A DNA stretch of 64,000 nucleotides from Candidatus Latescibacterota bacterium (GTDB taxonomy: Bacteria > Latescibacterota > UBA2968): the NCBI GenBank assembly GCA_965208125.1, contig OZ242320.1, positions 5,376,001-5,440,000 on the forward strand, given 5' to 3'. The notes beneath the pieces were generated by a model. The model saw only the letters and a list, made by a program, of their open reading frames with translations, was not told the DNA's origin and made no database searches. This document shows positions 56,057 through 64,000 of this stretch, piece after piece (positions within the stretch are counted from its first letter, which is position 1; each line of letters opens with the position of its first letter). The translations under genes and the position numbers were made by a program.

Positions 56057-57472
56057 TCACTGGTACTGATCGCCCGGCGCGGACAAGTACGTTTTCGCAA
56101 TCTCTGGGTCGGTCTCTGTATCCTCAATCAATTCCAAAAGCGCCCTGTGCAACCGCCTTGCTTCTTCGGAATGTTCGGCAATCACATTATTTTTCTGACC
56201 GGGATCTTCCGGCATATAAAACAACTCATCCACGCGACGCTCGGGCATATTGCGACAATCGTAGCGCTCAGTGCGAATCGGTTTGGGCCCCTTGTATTTT
56301 AAATCTTTATTGGGCCAATACACCAGTGTCCATGTACCATCGGTTATTGTCGCAGGCACAGTACCCCAGCTATCATTCAAATTGCGTCCGCTAATTGCAA
56401 AATCCCGATGCTTCACCGTCTTACCCGACAAAACATCGGCAAATGCTGTCCCCTGCACACCATCGGGCACATCCAAACCCGCCAGTTCGCAAAGCGTGGG
56501 AAACACATCCACAGGCTGCACCAGACTATCCACCTGCTTGCCCGCCATCGCCCCATCCGGATGATACACCACAAACGGGATATGAATCATCGGATCGTAA
56601 AGCTGCCCCCAATCTCCCCAGGGCTTGCCCTGCAATCCGTGGTCGCCAAAATAGTGCCCGTGATCTGCCATCAGCAAAAAAACCGTATTCTCCTTTAAAC
56701 CCAGCACATCTATCGTATCCCACAACATCCCCAACCACCGATCCGTCATCGTCACCTCAGCCGCGTACAGTGCACGCACGTGATTGAGTTCCTCATCCGT
56801 CATATAATTGCTGAACCCATAACACGGATAAATAAGCTCATCGCCTTCATAACCCGGATCGTACATATCCACATAATACTGCGGCGGATCCCACGGCTCG
56901 TGCGGATCCCATGAATCAATCCACAGAAAAAACCCATCCTTCACATAATTCCGCTCCAGCCAGTGCATCGCCTCGGTAAACACGCGAGGCCCCAGATAAT
57001 CCGATTCAAACAAACGTCCGCGCTGATTCGCCAGATAGCGCATCACCCCGGATTTTACTTTATCCTCACTGGCGGGCCATTTGATCTCCTCCAATGCATC
57101 GCTAATCCACGGCTCTCCCCCCTGCCCGCGAATCCAGGAAATTGACCCAAATCCGCGATCCAGAAAATTGCCCTGGGTCATAAACATCGGCGTATCAAAA
57201 ACCAGCCCCGTTGTGTATCCTGCGCGGCGAAAACGCTCGGCCATCGTGGGCAAATTCTGCTCCATTTTATCCCATGTATTAAACGGATGTCCCCAACGTC
57301 CCGTAAACAAATCGCGTCGGCACGGCAGAGTTGGGAACGATCCCGAATACGCCTTTGAAAACACCAGCGACTCACGCGCAATGCGATCCATATTTGGCGT
57401 CCTTGCCCGGTCGCCATAAGCACCCACATGATCTGCCCGCAACGAATCCAGCATCACACAAATAACGTTCAC
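56057..57472 (-). CDS. Sulfatase-fold hydrolase with Thr at the Cys/Ser nucleophile position
   Basis: DSLRAD, FPTLPCRRDLFTG, DPHEPW and ADHG. GTG start. Confidence 0.85.
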   Translation of the reverse strand: MNVICVMLDSLRADHVGAYGDRARTPNMDRIARESLVFSKAYSGSFPTLPCRRDLFTGRWGHPFNTWDKMEQNLPTMAERFRRAGYTTGLVFDTPMFMTQGNFLDRGFGSISWIRGQGGEPWISDALEEIKWPASEDKVKSGVMRYLANQRGRLFESDYLGPRVFTEAMHWLERNYVKDGFFLWIDSWDPHEPWDPPQYYVDMYDPGYEGDELIYPCYGFSNYMTDEELNHVRALYAAEVTMTDRWLGMLWDTIDVLGLKENTVFLLMADHGHYFGDHGLQGKPWGDWGQLYDPMIHIPFVVYHPDGAMAGKQVDSLVQPVDVFPTLCELAGLDVPDGVQGTAFADVLSGKTVKHRDFAISGRNLNDSWGTVPATITDGTWTLVYWPNKDLKYKGPKPIRTERYDCRNMPERRVDELFYMPEDPGQKNNVIAEHSEEARRLHRALLELIEDTETDPEIAKTYLSAPGDQYQ

Positions 57473-57488
57473 AGTTTCCTCCTCATCT

Positions 57489-58472
57489 TTAAAGACGCCC
57501 AACGCCTCGCAACACAGCCTCTTGAACCAGCAACTCGTGTTCATAAGATCGATCTGGCACGCGCTCACCCCGAATAGCCGGTAAAAACGCCTCCAATTCC
57601 AGATCGTACAGATCCTGCCGCGATTGCTGCGCCACATCGACAAATTGGACACCCGCTTCATATCCATCGCGCGCCTCGTCCAAACACAGGCGGATTTTCT
57701 CCGCAGGCTCCATCGGCTCCATAATCGCGCTGCCCTTTGTGCCATACACCTCAAACCGCCGCGCATTGGGCCGCGGCTCCAGTGCCGCAATATCGACAAT
57801 GGCTATCGCCCGCTCAAATTCAAAAATACCCACCCCATTATCCGTAAACCCCTCAACCTCGCGCATATCGTCGCGCAAAAACGGCGTCACGCGCTCGGGC
57901 CTTCCCAAAAGATGGACAATCTGATCGAGCTGATGCCCACACAAATCGAAAAACACCCCACCCTGATGCACTACAACCCTTTCTTTTTGCGCCTTACCCA
58001 AAAACGTGGACATATGCGCCCGAACCGCAAACACATCGCCCAAAAAGCCCGAATGCACCCACTCTGCAATCTTGCAATACCCATCGTGATACCGAAACAT
58101 GTATCCCATCTGAATCAACAAATCTCCCTCCCGTGCCCGTGCGATAATCCGCTGCCACTGATCCCAATTCTCACCAGCGGGCTTGTCGTACCACACGTGC
58201 TTCCCCGCCCGAATAATGGCCTCTGTCTGATCCAGACTCTCGACATTTGCACCCTCTGATGCAACAGCCACAATCTCATCATCGTCCAGCATCTCCGCTT
58301 CCGATTCAAACCAATAAACGCCTTCGTAACCGCCCGATTGTGCCATCTCCTCGCGGCGTCTTTCATCGGGTTCAAACACACCGACCACCTCCACCCCTGC
58401 ATTGGTTTGCATCGACCGCAATTTCCCGGCTGCGTGACCGTGTTTTGTACCGTATTGCGCCATTTTAATCAT
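57489..58472 (-). CDS. Gfo/Idh/MocA-family oxidoreductase
   Basis: YDKP, GYMFRY, GGVFFDLCGH and EVYGTKG. Confidence 0.88.
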   Translation of the reverse strand: MIKMAQYGTKHGHAAGKLRSMQTNAGVEVVGVFEPDERRREEMAQSGGYEGVYWFESEAEMLDDDEIVAVASEGANVESLDQTEAIIRAGKHVWYDKPAGENWDQWQRIIARAREGDLLIQMGYMFRYHDGYCKIAEWVHSGFLGDVFAVRAHMSTFLGKAQKERVVVHQGGVFFDLCGHQLDQIVHLLGRPERVTPFLRDDMREVEGFTDNGVGIFEFERAIAIVDIAALEPRPNARRFEVYGTKGSAIMEPMEPAEKIRLCLDEARDGYEAGVQFVDVAQQSRQDLYDLELEAFLPAIRGERVPDRSYEHELLVQEAVLRGVGRL

Positions 58473-58483
58473 TGCTCACCCTC

Positions 58484-59320
58484 CTAAATATCAACAAACT
58501 CGCGTTGTGCCCGTTCTTGTTCCGCCACATCCAGAATGTGTCGAATCAGCAAACTCTCCAGACGCGGAATATTCGCCTTACCACTTTCAAAAAGGTCCAT
58601 AATCGCCCCGGTAGAACGCGGAAAAATAACCGCCCGATCCACCTCCATATACCGCGTCTCTTCCGTCGTCGTCACAACAGCAGCCTGCGGCGTCCTGTGT
58701 TTTTCATTCATGTTGATCACCGCCGTTCGGTTGCCCGTAAAATCGATCAAAATCTGATTGTACTTTCCCTTACTCCGGCGCATCAGTCGTTTTACCCCCG
58801 TACCCATACAACTCACCACAATTTCTGTCGGATGAATACCATACTCGTCAAAAGACCGCCCACTCTGCCAGACAACCAGATGTTTCACTTTGCGACGGCC
58901 CACTTCCCGCACAAAATCCTGCACATTGCTATACCGCAGAGCAGACGAAGTCTGTATCGGAACGCGGTACTTATCTGCAAGCGCGAATATCTGTTGCGCC
59001 GTATCGAGATCGGGCGCAAAAGTCTTATCCACATAAGTAGCTTTGCCAAACGGAAAAATCGCCTCACACATATCCAGATGACGCTCCGGAGTCCTCGGCG
59101 CCAGAATGAGATAATAATCAACCGCATCGTTCAGAGCCTGCACATCCGGGAAATAAGGCACCCCATTTTCCTCTGCCCATGCGAGACTCGATTTCTGGCG
59201 AATACCCGTACAACCCGTCACCTCAAATCCCCGGTCCTTCAAATCATTCCTGAACGCACTCAAATACACATTTGCGTGAAAATTATTCAGATCGAGATCG
59301 TAAAAGCCCACGCGTTTCAA
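58484..59320 (-). CDS. Gfo/Idh/MocA-related short oxidoreductase
   Basis: YVDKTF, SSALRY and YGIH. TTG start after AAGGAGG. Confidence 0.7.
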   Translation of the reverse strand: MKRVGFYDLDLNNFHANVYLSAFRNDLKDRGFEVTGCTGIRQKSSLAWAEENGVPYFPDVQALNDAVDYYLILAPRTPERHLDMCEAIFPFGKATYVDKTFAPDLDTAQQIFALADKYRVPIQTSSALRYSNVQDFVREVGRRKVKHLVVWQSGRSFDEYGIHPTEIVVSCMGTGVKRLMRRSKGKYNQILIDFTGNRTAVINMNEKHRTPQAAVVTTTEETRYMEVDRAVIFPRSTGAIMDLFESGKANIPRLESLLIRHILDVAEQERAQREFVDI

Positions 59321-59354
59321 GTAGCGACCTCCTTTCAAAATAGGGGTCAATAGA

Positions 59355-60860
59355 TTACCTCAAACCCAGCCGTTCATACTGTTCCGGGGGCGCATCACAT
59401 GCTTCCATCCCCCGAATCAACAGATCCACCATCCGTTTTTCAACCTCTGGATCCTCCAGTGGCTTTTCCTGTTTTGGATCCTGTTCCAAATCGTATAACA
59501 AGGTCCCAAAATCATGGATTCTCAATAATCTGGGACTAAACCCCTTGCTATCCACACCAGTGTGAATCTTCAGCACCTCACACCCCTTGGTAAAACTGAG
59601 CGGTTCGGAAAGCGCCATCTTGCCCACCAATTCCTCTGGGGCAAAATGAGATCGGATATGGGTTGGCATCAACGTATATTCAAACAAAGGCTGATTTTCC
59701 CGATCTGCCGATGCCCGCATATACACATACCGCCCATCCGTCACATTGCCCTGATGTCCGTGCATCCCAAAAACCGCTGCCTCCCGCACCGCCGTATCGT
59801 TATCCACCGCATCGCCAAGTGGTTTGCCAAGCATATCCACTGTCGGCTCCAAACCAAAAAAGTCCAGCAACGTCGGTCCCAGATCAATCGACGGCTGCAC
59901 CAACGCCTTCCGCCGTTCCCCTTGCTTACCGCATCGCGGATCCCAGATAAAAAACGGTGTATGGGCCACTTCCTCATAAAAAGGCATCCACATCTTTGCC
60001 CAGCAATCGTGCTCACTCAGCAAAAACCCGTGATCGGTCCACACCACCAGCAACGTATCTTCCCACATCTCCAATTCATCCATCAAATCCAGCACATCGC
60101 CCAGCTTGGCATCGCACATCGCCAGCAACGAAGCATATTCAAACCGCATATGCTCAATTTGCTCCCGCGTCTCTTTCACCGGTTCATAGCTCGGCCAATC
60201 GTGCAATGGGCCATCGTAATTTTGATAATGTTCGGCGTAGAGATCCTTAAACTTACGCTGGGAGAAAAACGGCTCGTGGGGATCAAATGTTTCAATCTGC
60301 AAAAACCAATTGTCTTCCGTATAATTCCGCCGAATAAAATCAATCCCCGCCTCAAATGTCCTGGACTGAGGCTGATCTTCTTCTCGCCGCATAAACTGTC
60401 GATTGATCAAATCCTGCCGGGACAGGTGATCCTCACCCGAATTTCGCCCATACGTATTTTCCGTAGAAGGATCTGCCACCTGCCCCTTCCACAGATCCCC
60501 TTCCTGCCCCCTGAAAAACTGCCAAGTGCTATACTGGGTGTGATACGTACACCCGCCATCTTCCCAATAATGCTGATGATCGCTCACCAGGTGGCTCGAA
60601 ATACCATGCTCCTGTAACATGCGAGGCACCGAATCGTCAAACGGCTCCAGCGGACCCCACGAACGATGCAAAAAATTGGGCCGCCCCGTATGAAAATCTC
60701 GCCTGGCTGGCATACACGGCATCGAGCACACATAAGATCTGTCAAACGTCACCGCGCGCTCTGCCAACCGTTTAAAATTTGGCGTATGCGTCCAGTCACA
60801 CCCATAGGGCGACAACAGATGTCGATTTAGTGAATCAAACATCACCACAACTGCTTTCAT
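59355..60860 (-). CDS. Cys-type sulfatase-family hydrolase
   Basis: FDSLNR, CMPARR, DPHEPF and TDHG. Confidence 0.9.
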   Translation of the reverse strand: MKAVVVMFDSLNRHLLSPYGCDWTHTPNFKRLAERAVTFDRSYVCSMPCMPARRDFHTGRPNFLHRSWGPLEPFDDSVPRMLQEHGISSHLVSDHQHYWEDGGCTYHTQYSTWQFFRGQEGDLWKGQVADPSTENTYGRNSGEDHLSRQDLINRQFMRREEDQPQSRTFEAGIDFIRRNYTEDNWFLQIETFDPHEPFFSQRKFKDLYAEHYQNYDGPLHDWPSYEPVKETREQIEHMRFEYASLLAMCDAKLGDVLDLMDELEMWEDTLLVVWTDHGFLLSEHDCWAKMWMPFYEEVAHTPFFIWDPRCGKQGERRKALVQPSIDLGPTLLDFFGLEPTVDMLGKPLGDAVDNDTAVREAAVFGMHGHQGNVTDGRYVYMRASADRENQPLFEYTLMPTHIRSHFAPEELVGKMALSEPLSFTKGCEVLKIHTGVDSKGFSPRLLRIHDFGTLLYDLEQDPKQEKPLEDPEVEKRMVDLLIRGMEACDAPPEQYERLGLR

Positions 60861-60876
60861 ATCTCCTCCTGTTTGA

Positions 60877-61299
60877 TCAAATCCCCACTTCCAAACGATG
60901 GGTTGTATCCACAACCGGATCATCTCCCTCAATAAATCGCGCCATAGTATTGTGTGTCGCCGGTCGAGTTTTGAAATCCGCAATCCACGGCTGCCTGAAA
61001 TAAGCCTACTTTTCACGGGGCAAATTTTCCAGCACCACTGGCGGAATATTCAACCGATGCCAGTGCGTCGCCAAATGCGAATACGCGTGCAAAACATCGA
61101 TCACCTTCGGATGATCGATCAACACACTCGCCGGTCCACCTGGCACGGCGCGATGTTCAGGAGGCAAAGATTCGGGATTGTGCTTAATCCGATCAATCTG
61201 ATCTACAATCGCCGCCACTTCACCTTTCGATAAAATCGCTGGTCGAACCATAAACCCCGTCAAATCAAATCTAAATCTCTCCTCTTCGGTCAAACCCAT
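60877..61299 (-). pseudogene. PhyH-like pseudogene (in-frame core deletion plus premature TAG)
   Basis: The N-terminus matches 52920..53708 up to VLH, then jumps to C-terminal AYSH. After the TAG at 61006-61008 the frame continues AYFRQPWIADF... to a TGA at 60877. Confidence 0.82.
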
Positions 61300-61394
61300 A
61301 GCGGAATCCTCCAATATCTCTGAGCGTACACTCCCTTCCAACGCTCTTTAGAATATAACGCCATCCACGCTAAGTCAAACGAGATAACTCTGCC

Positions 61395-61423
61395 TTGACT
61401 TCCCAATTCTAAATCCCTAACAT
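61395..61423 (+). promoter_or_regulatory. Sigma-70 promoter (one of a divergent pair)
   Basis: TTGACT-17 nt-TAACAT. The opposite-strand TTGACT-17 nt-TATTCT lies at about 61350-61378. Confidence 0.5.
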
Positions 61424-61460
61424 GCAATTGCTTTTGATCCATCATAGTGAGAGACAACAA

Positions 61461-62513
61461 ATGGATAAACAAATTCCAAAGCGCGGGCTGTTGCAGCGCC
61501 TGAACGAAAGCGGTGTAATATGCGCCGAAGGGTATGTGTTTGAACTCGAACGCAGGGGATATCTCCAGGCAGGAGCTTATGTACCCGAAGTCGTCTTAGA
61601 ACACCCCGAAGCAGTCGCCGCTTTACACCGCGAATTTCTGCGGGCAGGCTCAGATGTTATCGAAGCCCTCACGTATTATGCCCACCGCGAAAAATTGCGT
61701 CTAATAGGCAAAGAAGAACTGCTCGAACCCCTTCAAAAAAATGCCTTATCAATCGCTCACGACATAGCGCGCGAAGCCACTGGAGAGCCACCCCTGGTCG
61801 CAGGTAATATTTGCAACACAAATATCTGGCATCCCGATGACAAAGCATCCGACGCGCTTGTTCGCGGCATGTTCGAAGAACAAATTAACTGGGCAGCCGA
61901 AGCAAATGTCGATTTTATAATCGCCGAAACCTTCTCCTTTTTTGGCGAAGCGCGAATCGCCCTCAAAGCCATCAAAGAAACTGGCCTGCCAGCCGTCGTC
62001 ACCCTCACCCCGCACAAGGAAGACGACCTCAGAGACGGGATCCCCCTCGAAGTCGCGGCCAGACAATTAGAGCAAGATGGTGCGACCGTCGTCGGTATTA
62101 ACTGCGCGCGAGGTCCTCAGACCATGATGCCCGCTGTCAAACGCATTCGACAGGCAGTTTCGTGCCATGTTGCAGCATTACCTGTCCCCTACCGCACCAC
62201 TGCTAATCATCCCACCATGCAGTCTCTCCGCGACCCGCGCTTGCCCGAAGACCGCCCCTTTCCCACCGCGCTTGATCCCTTTACCTGCAATCGATATGAA
62301 ATGGCAGAATTTGCCAGAGAGGCATACAACGCGGATATCCGCTACCTCGGCGTCTGCTGCGGTGGCGCGCCTCATCATGTTCGCGCCATAGCAGAAGCAC
62401 TCGGACGCACGCCAGAAGCCAGTCGCTATTCGCCAGACATGTCCAGGCACTATGCCTTCGGCACCCACAAAAGCCTGAAAAAATACAATCTGGACAACGC
62501 AAAAAATCTCTAA
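61461..62513 (+). CDS. Homocysteine S-methyltransferase family, betaine-homocysteine methyltransferase-like
   Basis: AEGYVFELERRG, HREFLRAG, AET, and Zn ligands GINC and GVCCG. Confidence 0.88.
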   Translation: MDKQIPKRGLLQRLNESGVICAEGYVFELERRGYLQAGAYVPEVVLEHPEAVAALHREFLRAGSDVIEALTYYAHREKLRLIGKEELLEPLQKNALSIAHDIAREATGEPPLVAGNICNTNIWHPDDKASDALVRGMFEEQINWAAEANVDFIIAETFSFFGEARIALKAIKETGLPAVVTLTPHKEDDLRDGIPLEVAARQLEQDGATVVGINCARGPQTMMPAVKRIRQAVSCHVAALPVPYRTTANHPTMQSLRDPRLPEDRPFPTALDPFTCNRYEMAEFAREAYNADIRYLGVCCGGAPHHVRAIAEALGRTPEASRYSPDMSRHYAFGTHKSLKKYNLDNAKNL

Positions 62514-62522
62514 TACAAGACC

Positions 62523-63695
62523 ATGAAAACAGATTACGAATACATCGTCCTCGGTTGTGGGGGCATCGGCAGTGCAACAGCGTATTGGCTCTCGCGCCGA
62601 AAAAGCAAAGACGTCCTGGGCATAGAACAATTTGAACACGGTCATCACCACGGCGGCTCTCAGGATCACTCGCGCATCATCCGCCTGACCTATTACTACC
62701 CCCAATATATCCGCCTGGCACCAGCCTCGTACACCGCCTGGCATACGCTCGAAGAAGAATCCGGCGTCCAGATGGTCTTCAAAACGGGCAGCATCCAATT
62801 TTCACCAGTCGATCATCCCTACCGATATGAAATCGACAAATACACGGGCGCAATGGATGAAATAGGCGTTCCCTACGACCGCGTTGACACCGATGAAATC
62901 GCGAAACGCTTTCCGCAATTCCATCTAAAATACGAAGTCGATGGCATCTACCAGGCCGATACCGGATTGGTAGATGCAAGTCGGGGAAATGCCACCCATG
63001 TAGCCATGGCGCGTTATCGCGGTGCCACCATGTTGGACAACTGTGAAGCCACGCACATTCGCCCGACCAACACCGGCGTCACAATCGAAACCAAACAGGG
63101 CAACTTCTCATGCCGCAAACTCATCGTCACAGCAGGTGCCTGGACAGATCGCCTGCTCGCCAGCGTGAACGTGAATCTTTCTCTCACCGTAACCCAGGAA
63201 CAAGTCACATACTATGCCACGCCAAACCTGCCGGACTTTGCCATTGGGAAATTCCCCATATTCATCTCTCATGCCGACGAATCCATCTACGGATTCCCCA
63301 TCTATGGCGAAGTCGCCACCAAAGTCGGCATTGACGCATCCGGTCCTGCAGTAACAACCGATACGCGCACCTATCAATCCGACGCCGAACGCGAACGTTA
63401 CCAGGAAGCCTGGCTCAAAGAAAACATCCCCGGATTTCTCGGCCCAAAGCTCTATACCAAAACCTGTCTTTACACAATGCCCAAAGACCGCCATTTCGTA
63501 ATCGATACACTCCCCGAGCATCCCCAGATCATCGTCTGCGTAGGCGCCGGGCACGCGTACAAATTCTCTGGTATCCTGGGCAAAATCCTCAGCGAACTCG
63601 CCATTGATGGGCACACGGATTATCCAATAGAACCATTCGCACTACAACGCGACGCCATCACCGACCCCAATTTTAAACCCGTCTTCCGAATGTGA
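62523..63695 (+). CDS. solA: Monomeric sarcosine oxidase / N-methyl-L-tryptophan oxidase family flavoprotein
   Basis: GCGGIG, GSQDHSRIIR, AGAW, FAD-attachment Cys in TCLYT and GHAYKF. Confidence 0.85.
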   Translation: MKTDYEYIVLGCGGIGSATAYWLSRRKSKDVLGIEQFEHGHHHGGSQDHSRIIRLTYYYPQYIRLAPASYTAWHTLEEESGVQMVFKTGSIQFSPVDHPYRYEIDKYTGAMDEIGVPYDRVDTDEIAKRFPQFHLKYEVDGIYQADTGLVDASRGNATHVAMARYRGATMLDNCEATHIRPTNTGVTIETKQGNFSCRKLIVTAGAWTDRLLASVNVNLSLTVTQEQVTYYATPNLPDFAIGKFPIFISHADESIYGFPIYGEVATKVGIDASGPAVTTDTRTYQSDAERERYQEAWLKENIPGFLGPKLYTKTCLYTMPKDRHFVIDTLPEHPQIIVCVGAGHAYKFSGILGKILSELAIDGHTDYPIEPFALQRDAITDPNFKPVFRM

Positions 63696-63696
63696 T

Positions 63697-64000
63697 ATGC
63701 CTGATATCCTGCGTCTAAACATGTGGAGTGGTCCCCGCAATGTCTCAACCGCCCTCATGTACTCATTCGCACAGCGGTCAGACACCCGCGTAATTGACGA
63801 ACCTCTCTACGGCCACTATCTGCGCGTGTCTGCTGCCACACACCCTGGCGCAAACGAAGTCATGGCAGCAATGGAATGCAATGGCGAAACCGTCATTCGC
63901 GATATCATTCTCGGCCCCTGTGATCGCCCCGTGCTCTTTATGAAACAGATGGCTCATCACCTCGTCGAAATCAGCCGCGACTTTTTCGTACACACCCACA
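63697..64000 (+). CDS. Sulfotransferase-like P-loop protein (partial)
   Basis: Manual translation: MPDILRLNMWSGPRNVSTALMYSFAQRSDTRVIDEPLY...FMKQMAHH. Runs off the window. Confidence 0.8.
   Translation, partial: MPDILRLNMWSGPRNVSTALMYSFAQRSDTRVIDEPLYGHYLRVSAATHPGANEVMAAMECNGETVIRDIILGPCDRPVLFMKQMAHHLVEISRDFFVHTH

Overview
This is a gene-dense, mostly minus-strand catabolic region from a Gram-negative bacterium. The gene mix suggests Ca. Latescibacterota or a Poribacteria-like marine lineage (inference only): nine Fe(II)/2-oxoglutarate dioxygenase genes, four sulfatase-fold proteins, four Gfo/Idh/MocA-type oxidoreductases, two large DUF6785-like membrane proteins and a PorV-like barrel. Main blocks: (i) 1-7.3 kb, three tandem LacI paralogs, each associated with a minus-strand sigma-54 promoter. 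The middle LacI lacks its HTH, and the first is separated from its apparent promoter by an opposite-strand TPR/FGE-fold + Tyr-type diheme peroxidase cassette. (ii) 7.4-31 kb, hydrolases, dioxygenases and transporters. (iii) 29-48.4 kb, a PUL-like import locus (OMP, TonB-dependent receptor, T9SS-CTD-like exoprotein, PorV-like barrel, inner-membrane transporters, cytoplasmic enzymes), preceded by a candidate cis-antisense sRNA and a candidate leader ORF. (iv) 48.7-61.3 kb, GH4, sulfatase and oxidoreductase genes with a GC-rich two-gene insert. (v) A betaine/sarcosine-type C1 cluster. Two pseudogenes and one gene inserted between ~93-bp direct repeats were found. No rRNA, tRNA, CRISPR array, transposase, integrase or reverse transcriptase was seen. 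All family calls come from motif recognition, not database searches.
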